A DNA stretch of 64,000 nt from Elusimicrobia bacterium RIFOXYD2_FULL_34_15 (GTDB lineage: Bacteria > Elusimicrobiota > UBA8919): the NCBI GenBank assembly GCA_001800605.1, contig MGVS01000070.1, forward strand, positions 2,910-66,909, in the 5' to 3' direction. Below the pieces are notes generated by a model. The model was not told where the DNA came from, made no database searches, and saw nothing but the letters and a program-made list of their open reading frames with translations. Made by a program: the position numbers and the translations under genes. Every line of letters starts with the position of its first letter. The stretch's first letter is position 1. This document shows positions 40,142-49,349 of the stretch, in pieces.

Positions 40142-42216
40142 AACTTTACAATTTTATAAAAAAATAAGGCAAAAATCAAGCAAAAAATTGTAAATAACGA
40201 CATAATTTCGCCGATTATTAAATATTTTGATTTATAAACGAATTTTACAGAACAATTTCCGGTTGGAAGCTCAATGGCACGGAAGATATAATTAGCTTTA
40301 TAAATATGTGTTTCTTTGTTATTGACAAACGCTTTCCATCCCGGATACCAGGTATCCGTCAATACAAGAAATCCACCATTGTCTGATGATGCATCTATCT
40401 TAATTTCTTTATTTGAATAGTTTGTTATAATAGCTTTGCCAGTCCCTTTATATTGATTATTTTTTGGGTTTTCTTCCAAAATTACATTATTATTTAAATT
40501 GAAATCTTTTTCAAACATTTTTGTGATAACTTTATTTTCTATTAAAGTAACAGCATTATTAATAAAAATAGCATTTTTAGTAAACGATTTATTTTCGTAA
40601 ATTTTTATGGTCGGACTATCTTTGTAAAATTCAGTTTCTTTCTTTAAAGTAGTGTATTGTGGCGGTAAATCATAAGATGTAATTATATATTTTCCGCCGG
40701 CAAATCCAATAAATCTTAAAGTTTCAAAACCAATACCTTTTTTTGCTATTTCGTCCCAAATTTCATAAAATCTTTTCGGCCGCAGTGCTCCGTGTCCTTC
40801 TATTACCGGTATATTCCAAACAATATTTGAATTTGGCTGTAAGAAATTTCGATAGTTAAAATATGCTGTTAAATCACCTGAAAAATCATTTACGGTTTTA
40901 GTTGCTATATTAAAAGAATTTAAATCCCATACTCGGTAATTTTCCTTATCAATCATCAAAAAATCTACAGACGGCGGCTGGGTAACCCATTTTTTCCTGT
41001 CATAAAAAGCATTTTGTTTAATTGCGAAAAGGAATAATTCAATAACAATTAAAGTAAAAACGGATATTTTTAAAAAATTATTTTTCCAAGCATTGATAAC
41101 AAGCCCAAAAAATAAACAGATTGAAAAAACAGCGAAAATCAAAGTTCTTTGATGTAGACGGAATTGTACAAAACCGGGAATTTTATCGAATAAATTATTG
41201 AGTCCAAGAGAAGACGAAAGTGTTATTAATAAAGTAATAATTGTCATAAATGCAAAAAATTTGTATTTTTTAAATTTCAAAACCAATCCGGATAAACCAA
41301 TAATTAAAGCAAATTTGCCTACGTAAAAAGAATTTTCAATAAATATAGAACGCATTTTAACATAAGAATTATTAAAAGGTAATCCGAATTTGAAAGGAAA
41401 TAGCCAGGTAATAAGATCATCAAAACTATATGACCACCACCACCTTGCGGCATCTTGTTCAAAACCTGATTTTCGTGCTGTAAAATTGACGAGTTCTACT
41501 GTCGGCAGCCACTGAATTGCCGAAAGTCCGATTCCTATTAGAATAAACGTGAGAAAAGCTAAATAACATTTAATAAAATTTTGTCTTTTGAAATTGAAAA
41601 CAAAATAAAAAAAAGAAAAAATTATTGTGTAATATGCAAATTGCGGGAAGCCTGTAAGAATCTGCATCCCAAGAGCGATTCCGGAATAACAAATATTTTT
41701 GTACCCCCCTGCTCTAAAAAATTTCTCGATGAAATAGAAAATCAGCGGAAACCATATCACAGAATTTAACATATTTAAATGCTGAATATGGCAGAAAAAA
41801 AATCCGGAAAAAGAAAATATTGTTGCAGAAAATATTGCGGTCTGTTTTTTAAGGCTTATTTCACTGAAAAATAAAAAACTAAATAACCCGCATAAAATGA
41901 AGTTTATAATAATGGATAAATTGAATCCGACATCTGGCGGAAATAGAAAAAAAATAAGGATATTTAAAGGATAGAAAAAACCGCCTTGTCCTTCGGCATG
42001 AAGCGGGTACCCGCACCAAATCAAATTTGACCAAACCGGAATTTCAAGTTTTTTTATTGATTGTGATAAAAGATGCCTATAAGGATAATTTAAGTCGGTA
42101 ATATCACTTCCGCCAAGCCCAGGCGTAATTGGCAGATGTGACATTAAGAAAATTTTCGGTAGGAAAATTAATGTTAGAAATATAAAAAATAAAACAACAA
42201 GAATGTTTTTTTTCAT
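40138..42216 (-). CDS. Large polytopic membrane protein, YfhO-like (putative glycosyl-transfer/LTA-type membrane protein)
   Basis: 692 aa, more than 10 TM helices followed by an extracytoplasmic C-domain. The family call is tentative. Confidence 0.4.
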   Translation of the reverse strand: MKKNILVVLFFIFLTLIFLPKIFLMSHLPITPGLGGSDITDLNYPYRHLLSQSIKKLEIPVWSNLIWCGYPLHAEGQGGFFYPLNILIFFLFPPDVGFNLSIIINFILCGLFSFLFFSEISLKKQTAIFSATIFSFSGFFFCHIQHLNMLNSVIWFPLIFYFIEKFFRAGGYKNICYSGIALGMQILTGFPQFAYYTIIFSFFYFVFNFKRQNFIKCYLAFLTFILIGIGLSAIQWLPTVELVNFTARKSGFEQDAARWWWSYSFDDLITWLFPFKFGLPFNNSYVKMRSIFIENSFYVGKFALIIGLSGLVLKFKKYKFFAFMTIITLLITLSSSLGLNNLFDKIPGFVQFRLHQRTLIFAVFSICLFFGLVINAWKNNFLKISVFTLIVIELFLFAIKQNAFYDRKKWVTQPPSVDFLMIDKENYRVWDLNSFNIATKTVNDFSGDLTAYFNYRNFLQPNSNIVWNIPVIEGHGALRPKRFYEIWDEIAKKGIGFETLRFIGFAGGKYIITSYDLPPQYTTLKKETEFYKDSPTIKIYENKSFTKNAIFINNAVTLIENKVITKMFEKDFNLNNNVILEENPKNNQYKGTGKAIITNYSNKEIKIDASSDNGGFLVLTDTWYPGWKAFVNNKETHIYKANYIFRAIELPTGNCSVKFVYKSKYLIIGEIMSLFTIFCLIFALFFYKIVKL

Positions 42217-42328
42217 TTATTAGATTTTACTAAATTTTATTTATTTAGGCAAGAACGAATATAAAAGGTAAAGAGGTAAAAAGGTAGAAAGGTAGAGAGG
42301 TAAAAATGTAACAGTAAAATTAAACTTC

Positions 42329-42357
42329 TTGACAAGGTGATTTTGCCATTATATAAT
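42329..42357 (+). promoter_or_regulatory. Consensus sigma70-type promoter TTGACA-17-TATAAT for the PBP1A gene. The ATG is 7 nt downstream of the -10, so the transcript is likely leaderless.
   Basis: TTGACA at 42329-42334, TATAAT at 42352-42357. No SD before the ATG at 42364. Confidence 0.5.
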
Positions 42358-42363
42358 TGATGT

Positions 42364-44544
42364 ATGAAAAAATGGATTTATTTAGCAATTGGAATTGTCT
42401 TATACTTTATTTTCATACAACGTCTCATAAGATATCTCGGTGATATACCGGATCCGGCACAACTTTCCGATTATACCCCATCTTTAACTACAAAAATCTA
42501 TGATATAAATAACGAAGTTATTGCTGAACTTTTTACTGAGAAGAGAACGATAGCTCCTCTTGCTCAGATACCAAAAGATATGATAAATGCCATTATTGCT
42601 ATAGAAGATACAAGATTTTATCAACATTGGGGCATTGATCCTTATAGAATTGTCGGTGCGTTTTTATCAAATATAAAGGCTTTTGGTGTAGTCGAGGGTG
42701 GTTCAACTATTACTCAACAGCTATCCAAAGTCATATTTCTATCCAGACGGAAAACTTTAGCAAGAAAAGTTAAAGAAGTTATACTTGCATTTCAATTAGA
42801 AAGAGATTATTCAAAAAATGAAATTCTTGAGATGTATCTGAACCAGATTTATTTTGGGAACGGTGCCTACGGTGTGGCTACTGCTGCAAAGGTATATTTT
42901 GGTAAAAATGTCCAGAATTTAACATTGGAAGAATGTGCGTTACTTGCAGGATTACCGCGTGCTCCGTCGTCGTATTCCCCGTTTAGAAATCCCGAAAAAG
43001 CTATTCATCGCAGATCAATTGTACTTTCAAGAATGTGGAATGTGGGTTTTATAACTGAAGAACAAAGAAAAGAAGCATCTGAAAAAAATATTGTTGTTTA
43101 TCCTCCTCATATAATGACAAAAGTGGCGCCGTATTTTATTGATGATATCAGACAGACACTTGAAGCAAAATATGGCAGTCAACTTTATCAGGGCGGGTAT
43201 GAGATTTTTACAACGCTTGACAGAAGAATGCAGCAGGCATCTGAAAATGTTTTTGAAAGCAATTTGAAAGAATTCGATTCGTTAAAAAAATCTACGGTTT
43301 CTGTCGAGGGAGCCCTTTTTTGTTTAGATGTTAAAACCGGTGCCATAAGAGCTATGGTTGGAGGACGAAATTTCCAGACCAGTCAGTTTAATAGGGTTTT
43401 CCAGGCAAAAAGACAGCCGGGTAGTGCTTTTAAAATTTTTGTTTATACTGCTGCTATTGAAAACGGATTTACGCCGGTATCTATTATAGATGATTCACCT
43501 ATAACGTTCTATAATAATGCTGTAAATTGGGATCTTTTATCAATGACGACTGATTTTTCCGATGTTCAGGATAAAAGTTTGCTTAATAAGCTAATTGAGA
43601 AAGATAAAGAAGCGAAAAATCCTAACGAAAGAGTTTTGTGGCAGCCGCAAAATTATTCTGAAAAATTTTATGGTCCGGTTCTTTTAAGAAATGCACTGGA
43701 ACATTCTTTGAACATCTGTTCAGTAAAAGTAACAAGTAAGATAGGTCCGCAAACGGTTGCTTCATATGCAAGGAAGTTAGGAATTGAATCCCAGCTCACC
43801 GAAACAATATCCCTGGCACTTGGTGCGTCCGATGTAACGCTTAAGGAGATGACTTCTGCTATTTCAACGCTTGCTAATTCTGGTATAAAGACAACGCCAT
43901 ATTCAATTATAAAAGTTATTGATCATAAAGGCAGGGTTCTTGAAGAATATTCTCCGGAAGAAAACGAAGTTATATCCCCTCAAACAGCATATATTATGAC
44001 TAATCTTTTAAAAGGTGTTATTGAGCATGGAACAGGTGTATATGCTAAGCAACTAAAAAAACCTGCAGCAGGTAAAACAGGAACAACTAACGATTGCGCT
44101 GATGCCTGGTTTATAGGTTATACTCCACAGCTAATATGCGGTGTTTGGGTTGGATATGATGATCACAGAACACTTGGTAATAAAATGACAGGCGGACGTG
44201 TTGCTTGTCCTATTTGGACCGATTTTATGAGAACTGCACAAAGAGGACAACCAGTTCTTGATTTTACAACACCTGCTAACATAACTTTTGTTAAAATTGA
44301 TCCTAAGACGGGCCTTTTAGCACTTGGTAAACCAAAGGGTACATATTTAGAGGCATTTCTAAGCGGTACCGAACCGAAAGATTTTTCATTTAATAAAAAA
44401 GATACGTCAAACATAAGAAAGATTGAAGATGAAGATACCATTACGTCAACCGAAACGATAAATACTTCGGAACTTCAAGATGGCGCAACAAAAGAAGTTC
44501 CGGTTTTGCATACAATAGGTTCTGATACTGAAGGTGGCTTTTAA
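42364..44544 (+). CDS. mrcA: Penicillin-binding protein 1A family (bifunctional glycosyltransferase/transpeptidase)
   Basis: GT51 motifs EDxRFYxHxG and GGSTITQQ, SxxK STVSVEG...S[FA]K, KTGTT. Confidence 0.9.
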   Translation: MKKWIYLAIGIVLYFIFIQRLIRYLGDIPDPAQLSDYTPSLTTKIYDINNEVIAELFTEKRTIAPLAQIPKDMINAIIAIEDTRFYQHWGIDPYRIVGAFLSNIKAFGVVEGGSTITQQLSKVIFLSRRKTLARKVKEVILAFQLERDYSKNEILEMYLNQIYFGNGAYGVATAAKVYFGKNVQNLTLEECALLAGLPRAPSSYSPFRNPEKAIHRRSIVLSRMWNVGFITEEQRKEASEKNIVVYPPHIMTKVAPYFIDDIRQTLEAKYGSQLYQGGYEIFTTLDRRMQQASENVFESNLKEFDSLKKSTVSVEGALFCLDVKTGAIRAMVGGRNFQTSQFNRVFQAKRQPGSAFKIFVYTAAIENGFTPVSIIDDSPITFYNNAVNWDLLSMTTDFSDVQDKSLLNKLIEKDKEAKNPNERVLWQPQNYSEKFYGPVLLRNALEHSLNICSVKVTSKIGPQTVASYARKLGIESQLTETISLALGASDVTLKEMTSAISTLANSGIKTTPYSIIKVIDHKGRVLEEYSPEENEVISPQTAYIMTNLLKGVIEHGTGVYAKQLKKPAAGKTGTTNDCADAWFIGYTPQLICGVWVGYDDHRTLGNKMTGGRVACPIWTDFMRTAQRGQPVLDFTTPANITFVKIDPKTGLLALGKPKGTYLEAFLSGTEPKDFSFNKKDTSNIRKIEDEDTITSTETINTSELQDGATKEVPVLHTIGSDTEGGF

Positions 44545-44571
44545 ACTATTTTTAAAATAAAAATAGTTTTG
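44544..44571 (+). terminator. AT-only hairpin AACTATTTTT-AAAAT-AAAAATAGTT followed by TTG after the PBP1A stop. Weak intrinsic terminator candidate.
   Basis: Perfect 10-bp inverted repeat read from the sequence. Confidence 0.3.
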
Positions 44572-44622
44572 ATTACACACCTGCCTGCCGGCAGGCAGGG
44601 ATTTTAAAAGCTGATTACACAG
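44571..44622 (+). promoter_or_regulatory. Two GATTACACA(G) direct repeats flanking a perfect 20-bp GC palindrome CCTGCCTGCCGGCAGGCAGG. Then TATAAAT, AGGAGG and a GTG start for the DUF2148 gene.
   Basis: gattacacacctgcctgccggcaggcagggattttaaaagctgattacacagatatataaat...gagaggaggtttgtGTG. Confidence 0.4.
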
Positions 44623-44651
44623 ATATATAAATATTATGAGAGGAGGTTTGT

Positions 44652-45182
44652 GTGATTGTAAAATCTAATGAATCGGAAAAGAATGCAATTATGAATATTG
44701 CAAATTTAATGTGTCTCGCAGCAAGAACCGCTCCAAAAGCGAGAGGCATAGACAACATTGTAACCATAATATTAACCGACAAAGAAAAAGAAGGACTTGT
44801 AAATAAAATGATAGAAGTTGCAAATAGCGGTTATCGGACAAACACTTTTTTAAGAGATTCTGAGTGTGTAAGAAAATCTGCTGCAATAGTTATAATTGGA
44901 ACGAAAATTTCTACAATAGGATTAGACTGCGGTTTCTGCGGATTTGAAAATTGTAAGAAATGCGAAGAAATGAAAGGTGTATGTGCATATAATTCCGGAG
45001 ATTTAGGAATCGCTCTCGGGTCTGCAGTTTCCGTTGCTGCTGATAATAGAATTGATAATAGGATCATTTACACAGCAGGTTATGCTGCAGTTAAAAATAA
45101 TATATTAGGCGATAATATTAAAATTGCTTTTGGAGTACCGCTTTCAGCAACCGGAAAAAATATATTCTTTGATAGGAAATAA
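44652..45182 (+). CDS. DUF2148-like Cys-rich ferredoxin-domain protein
   Basis: GLDCGFCGFENCKKCEEMKGVC. GTG start with AGGAGG 6 nt upstream. Confidence 0.5.
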   Translation: MIVKSNESEKNAIMNIANLMCLAARTAPKARGIDNIVTIILTDKEKEGLVNKMIEVANSGYRTNTFLRDSECVRKSAAIVIIGTKISTIGLDCGFCGFENCKKCEEMKGVCAYNSGDLGIALGSAVSVAADNRIDNRIIYTAGYAAVKNNILGDNIKIAFGVPLSATGKNIFFDRK

Positions 45183-45184
45183 CG

Positions 45185-46579
45185 CTAGAATTTTTTTGCG
45201 AACGAGACCATCGGGGTTATATTAGGAGTATTTAGAAAGCCAAAATTCCATTCAGTATCTTTTAAACCACCTGAGAGTTTTTTATAAACTTCAACGTCGT
45301 AATTATGTAAATCAGCAGAAATAAAAACAATCATCTGTAAACCATATATAATTCTCAAAATACCCCTGCTATTTTGTCTAATTTCTCTAATATCAACTCT
45401 TTCAGCATGAACACCATTAGGAATAGGATTGAGAAGTTTATAGTAAAAGAAACCAGTCCAAAACATATATGATAAACCTGTCTCAGGACTATCTCCGATA
45501 TAAATATCTCCCCACCCAGGAAGGATAACCGATCTAATAAATGCACCTGACGGTGATTTTAATTTGTAGTGCTCTTTGTTATTTCTATTATGCGTATATA
45601 GGTAAACTCCTGCAGCATTTGATATATAGAAATTTAAGCAGGAAAAATCCAGAGAATCCTTTGTAAATGAAGCGATCGGATGCGTTTTGTATTCTTTTGT
45701 TTTAGTAACACCATAATCAAACCCAAGCATTATCCATTCTGCAATAAAATTTAAAACTCCTTTTATAGGCCTGTCGGTATAAAAATGTCCCAACCCTGGA
45801 AAAATCAAAGAATATTTTGTTGCAATCCAAGGTTCTTTGTGAGTCCATTCATCTTCTTTGACTTCCATTCTTTTAACGGTAGTATTTTTAAAATAAGTAT
45901 TTCCAAAAATCGTTTTGAAATTGATTTCCAAACTCTTTACATCTTCTGCACTGTAATATGTTCCGCTTGAAATTCTTGTAATTTCTTTAAATTCTTTTTC
46001 TATTTTTTTATCTTTTATTCCATAACCGATAACATTGACAATTATACTCAAGCCTTCTGTTTTTAAGCGATGAACGGTAGAAATTATGTTGCCGCCGCAA
46101 TTTTCCTGACCATCTGTAATCAAAACTATTGTATTATCTCCTGATATCGGGAAATCATAACCTGCTAATAATAAGGAATAGGCAATAGGGCTATAACCTT
46201 TTGGTGTGATTTCTTTAAGTGCGTTTTCAAATTCTTTAATATCTATTTGTTTTATCGGTATAAGAAGCCGTGAATCTTTTTTAAAATCTATTTCCCTTCC
46301 CTCACCGAAGGTTCGTAAACCAATTTTAAATTTTGGTGCTGATTCAGGTAATATTTCTGAAACTATTTTTAAAATTGTTGTTTTTGCAAGATCAATTTTC
46401 TTATCACCATTGATAGTATCATTCATACTATCGGAAGCATCAAGTATAATTTCAATGTTTTTGGTTGTATTCTGGGGAAAAACCTGGCAGGAAAAAAATA
46501 ATGCAAATAAAAAAATACTTAAATATATTTTATACTTTTCCATATAAACCAAAGAAGTAAAGTATTTCACAGGGTTCAA
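45185..46579 (-). CDS. Secreted von Willebrand factor A domain protein with a C-terminal repeat domain. The start is possibly the ATG at 46543.
   Basis: ILDASDSM (DxSxS MIDAS) ... TDGQEN. C-terminal repeats LIFPGLGHFYTD and VILPGWGDIYIGD. Confidence 0.6.
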   Translation of the reverse strand: MNPVKYFTSLVYMEKYKIYLSIFLFALFFSCQVFPQNTTKNIEIILDASDSMNDTINGDKKIDLAKTTILKIVSEILPESAPKFKIGLRTFGEGREIDFKKDSRLLIPIKQIDIKEFENALKEITPKGYSPIAYSLLLAGYDFPISGDNTIVLITDGQENCGGNIISTVHRLKTEGLSIIVNVIGYGIKDKKIEKEFKEITRISSGTYYSAEDVKSLEINFKTIFGNTYFKNTTVKRMEVKEDEWTHKEPWIATKYSLIFPGLGHFYTDRPIKGVLNFIAEWIMLGFDYGVTKTKEYKTHPIASFTKDSLDFSCLNFYISNAAGVYLYTHNRNNKEHYKLKSPSGAFIRSVILPGWGDIYIGDSPETGLSYMFWTGFFYYKLLNPIPNGVHAERVDIREIRQNSRGILRIIYGLQMIVFISADLHNYDVEVYKKLSGGLKDTEWNFGFLNTPNITPMVSFAKKF

Positions 46580-46631
46580 TACTTAAGTATTATTTTTTTT
46601 AAAATCATATATTTAGTATTCAATCTTATCT

Positions 46632-47081
46632 TTAACGGGGTGCATTTGTCATTTTGTACTTAATTAATTCGTTTAATGTATTTACTAGGTCATGTAATTC
46701 GTCTTTTTTACGTATCTTAATTTCAGTTAAATTTCCGTTTTCTATTATCTCTTCTATGTGTTTTTCAATTCTATATAATGGTCCTGCGATTCTATGTGAA
46801 AGACGCAAACTTAACCAGGATGCAAAAGCGACAAAAATCGTTGTTTCGATTATTAGTATATAATTCATTTGAATTAGTACCGGTTTAATTTTTGAAATAT
46901 CGTACATTTCTTTCATCATATTTTCTATTCCATAAAGAAATGTTATATATATGCTTAGTGTAACAATAAGCATCATTACAATAACCGAAGATACAGTAAT
47001 CCAAAAATATTTTAATTGCATTCTTTTTTTAGTAATTAACGCTTTAGGGTTGCTTTTTCTTCTGTCATTATCAGTGATCAT
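46632..47081 (-). CDS. Membrane protein with HAMP-like domain
   Basis: Two TM helices then LSHRIAGPLYRIEKHIEEIIENGNLTE. The start is uncertain; ATG candidates lie at 47156, 47081 and 47024. Confidence 0.4.
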   Translation of the reverse strand: MITDNDRRKSNPKALITKKRMQLKYFWITVSSVIVMMLIVTLSIYITFLYGIENMMKEMYDISKIKPVLIQMNYILIIETTIFVAFASWLSLRLSHRIAGPLYRIEKHIEEIIENGNLTEIKIRKKDELHDLVNTLNELIKYKMTNAPR

Positions 47082-47751
47082 TTTTTTTAACTCCTTTTTC
47101 AAGTTCATATGCTCTATTGAATAAACGTATTCCTTCTTTTTTATCCCCCATATCATTATATATAGAACCGATTTTCCTTAAAGATTCCGCAACCAGAAGA
47201 TCATCATTAAATGAACTGCTTACTTTTATAGATTCTTCGTAATAAAATATTGCCGTTTTTAAATCATTCAGCCTGTAATAAATGTCACCTATACTATTAA
47301 ACGTTTTTGCTTTAAATTTATCATTTTTATTTATATCTAATTTATCTAAAATACTTTCATATGATTTTAATGCTTTATCTAATTCACCGAGTTTTTCATA
47401 AGAAATAGCAATACGGTTCAATATTGCAATAATTTCGGGTTTATTATTAAATATTTTTTTTATTTCCAGTGATTGGTTGAAATATTGCACAGCTTTACCG
47501 TTATCACCCAAATTTTTATAACATAAGCCGATATTGTTCAATGCAATACCCTCAATTTCTTTTGAGTAAATTTGCTGTGAAATTTTTAAAACTTTGCTAA
47601 AATTGGCGATTGCCTCTTCGTATTTTTTATTATTAAAAAGTTTTATGCCTTCTAAGTGATACAAAAGAGCATCATCTTTGTTTTGAGAAAAAAGAAGATT
47701 AATACTAAATACAAAAAATAATAAATAGGTAAACCTTTTACAGGTTTTCAT
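47071..47751 (-). CDS. TPR-repeat protein with signal peptide
   Basis: Repeated YxxAIxxFxKAL / LGxxxKAxxYY motifs. Confidence 0.6.
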   Translation of the reverse strand: MKTCKRFTYLLFFVFSINLLFSQNKDDALLYHLEGIKLFNNKKYEEAIANFSKVLKISQQIYSKEIEGIALNNIGLCYKNLGDNGKAVQYFNQSLEIKKIFNNKPEIIAILNRIAISYEKLGELDKALKSYESILDKLDINKNDKFKAKTFNSIGDIYYRLNDLKTAIFYYEESIKVSSSFNDDLLVAESLRKIGSIYNDMGDKKEGIRLFNRAYELEKGVKKNDH

Positions 47752-48479
47752 TTATTAAAATCTTCCAATTGTTTAAAAAGATCATCCCCAAACTGGGATT
47801 CCTTTTTGGCAGGTTTTTCAGATTTTTTTTCAGTTGATTTTTTTATGCTTATATCTTGCTCAGATTTTTGCTCCGTAATTTCTTTTTTTCGTGTTTCGGT
47901 TTTATATTGAGACAGAGAAATTTTCTTAACTATTATTTTAGGCGGTAAATTTCCTTCGTTCAAAGAAACAACCCCGCCGGCATTTCCGTTATAATATATT
48001 CTAAAAGGTGCATCTTTAATTGTAGGCTGGTAAGAAGTTCCTTTAATTTCTAATTCTGTTTCCCATCTAGGATGAATAATAAGTTTGCCGTTTGCATCTG
48101 CGATGCCTTTTACTATAGGAATTGAAAATCTTACTTTATATATACCATTTACATCCGTCACGGCATTTTCAAATCCTATTCCGTCAACCATAATTTGAAT
48201 ATCAGGCATGGGAATACCGTCTTCTGTGTCTATTTCACCTTTAAGGTAACCCTCTATCCAGTCTGTATAATTTGCACTTGAAAAAAATAAAAATCTTTTA
48301 TAACCGGCTAGTTTTTTTACGACTGATAAATCAGATAAACGATTGGGATTCAGGTTTTCGTTTATAGTCGTGATTTTTCCTGTCGATTTACTACCGATTA
48401 ACGGAAAACCTGAACAACCTATAAAAAGTAATGTAAAAATTAAAAATGAAAAATTAAAAATTAATGTATACTTTTTCAT
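47748..48479 (-). CDS. Lipoprotein, unknown function, with a K/E-rich C-terminus
   Basis: Signal MKKYTLIFNFSFLIFTLLFIGC. The h-region is encoded by the TTAAAA-family repeat at 48435-48467. Confidence 0.4.
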   Translation of the reverse strand: MKKYTLIFNFSFLIFTLLFIGCSGFPLIGSKSTGKITTINENLNPNRLSDLSVVKKLAGYKRFLFFSSANYTDWIEGYLKGEIDTEDGIPMPDIQIMVDGIGFENAVTDVNGIYKVRFSIPIVKGIADANGKLIIHPRWETELEIKGTSYQPTIKDAPFRIYYNGNAGGVVSLNEGNLPPKIIVKKISLSQYKTETRKKEITEQKSEQDISIKKSTEKKSEKPAKKESQFGDDLFKQLEDFNK

Positions 48480-48559
48480 TCAGAGACTCCTTTAAAAGCA
48501 ATTAAAAATTTTATTTATAAATTACAACTTGTACCATTTATCCTTTACTGAAATTTTTT

Positions 48560-48760
48560 GAATTACGCATTAACCAGCCTGTCCCGATTCATCGGAATTA
48601 CCCGTTACTTAGCCTGTCCTGCCGCCCATGGCGAGCCTCGCCCCTTTGGGGCGGGAGCATTTTAAACTGTCGAAGGATTACTCATTACCCCGCCACTAGG
48701 TCTTTGGCGGGCAAGCATTACCCGTTACCCGTTACTCGTTACTATCTTTTTATTCTTTTT
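48560..48760. repeat. Composite intergenic repeat block. It contains a CAGCCTGTCCCGATTCATCGG hairpin unit, GC-rich hairpins (gccgcccatggcgag, ctcgcccctttggggcggg, ccgccactaggtctttggcgg) and GTAACGGG units.
   Basis: The same units recur at 17205-17260 and 21050-21100. Confidence 0.7.
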
Positions 48761-49319
48761 GTTTCTTTAATACTACTTTATCAATTTCTTCAATTTTCTT
48801 TTTTGCCCACCTGTTCTCAGGAAATTTCGTTATTAAAAGTTCTTTTGCTTTTTTTAAAGCATCAGGACGCTGCGGCATAGAATAGTATTCTTCTATTATT
48901 CTTTGGTATAATCTGATAGCTTCCCTGAAATTGGAGAGCTGTTCATCTATTTTTGCTGCTTCATCCAATGACCATGAAGCATACTGACTTTTTGGGAATT
49001 TATTAGCAAGTTCTTCATAAGCGACTGTAGCTTCATTCCATTGATTCATCCTTACAAATGATTCGGCTATTTTCTTTTGAGCTTCATCTCCGTAATAGAT
49101 ATCACCAAACTGGTCTATATAATACTGATATTCGGCAATAGCTTCATTATATTTACCGTCATAATAATATTTTTCTGCCCGTTGGAATTGCTGAACTGCA
49201 GCCTGGTTCCCCCAGTAATCACCGGTTCTAACAGGTCTTCTCAGGGCGCAACCGACAAAAAGGCAATTAAAAATTAAAAATGAAAAATTAAAAATTAAAG
49301 TTAAACTTCTTTTTTTCAT
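48750..49319 (-). CDS. TPR-like lipoprotein (BamD/YbgF-like)
   Basis: Signal MKKRSLTLIFNFSFLIFNCLFVGC is near-identical to the signal of 47748-48479 and is encoded by the repeat at 49265-49298. TPR helices follow. Confidence 0.5.
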   Translation of the reverse strand: MKKRSLTLIFNFSFLIFNCLFVGCALRRPVRTGDYWGNQAAVQQFQRAEKYYYDGKYNEAIAEYQYYIDQFGDIYYGDEAQKKIAESFVRMNQWNEATVAYEELANKFPKSQYASWSLDEAAKIDEQLSNFREAIRLYQRIIEEYYSMPQRPDALKKAKELLITKFPENRWAKKKIEEIDKVVLKKQKE

Positions 49320-49349
49320 ATTTCCCCTCTTTATGATAAAAGATAGAAT

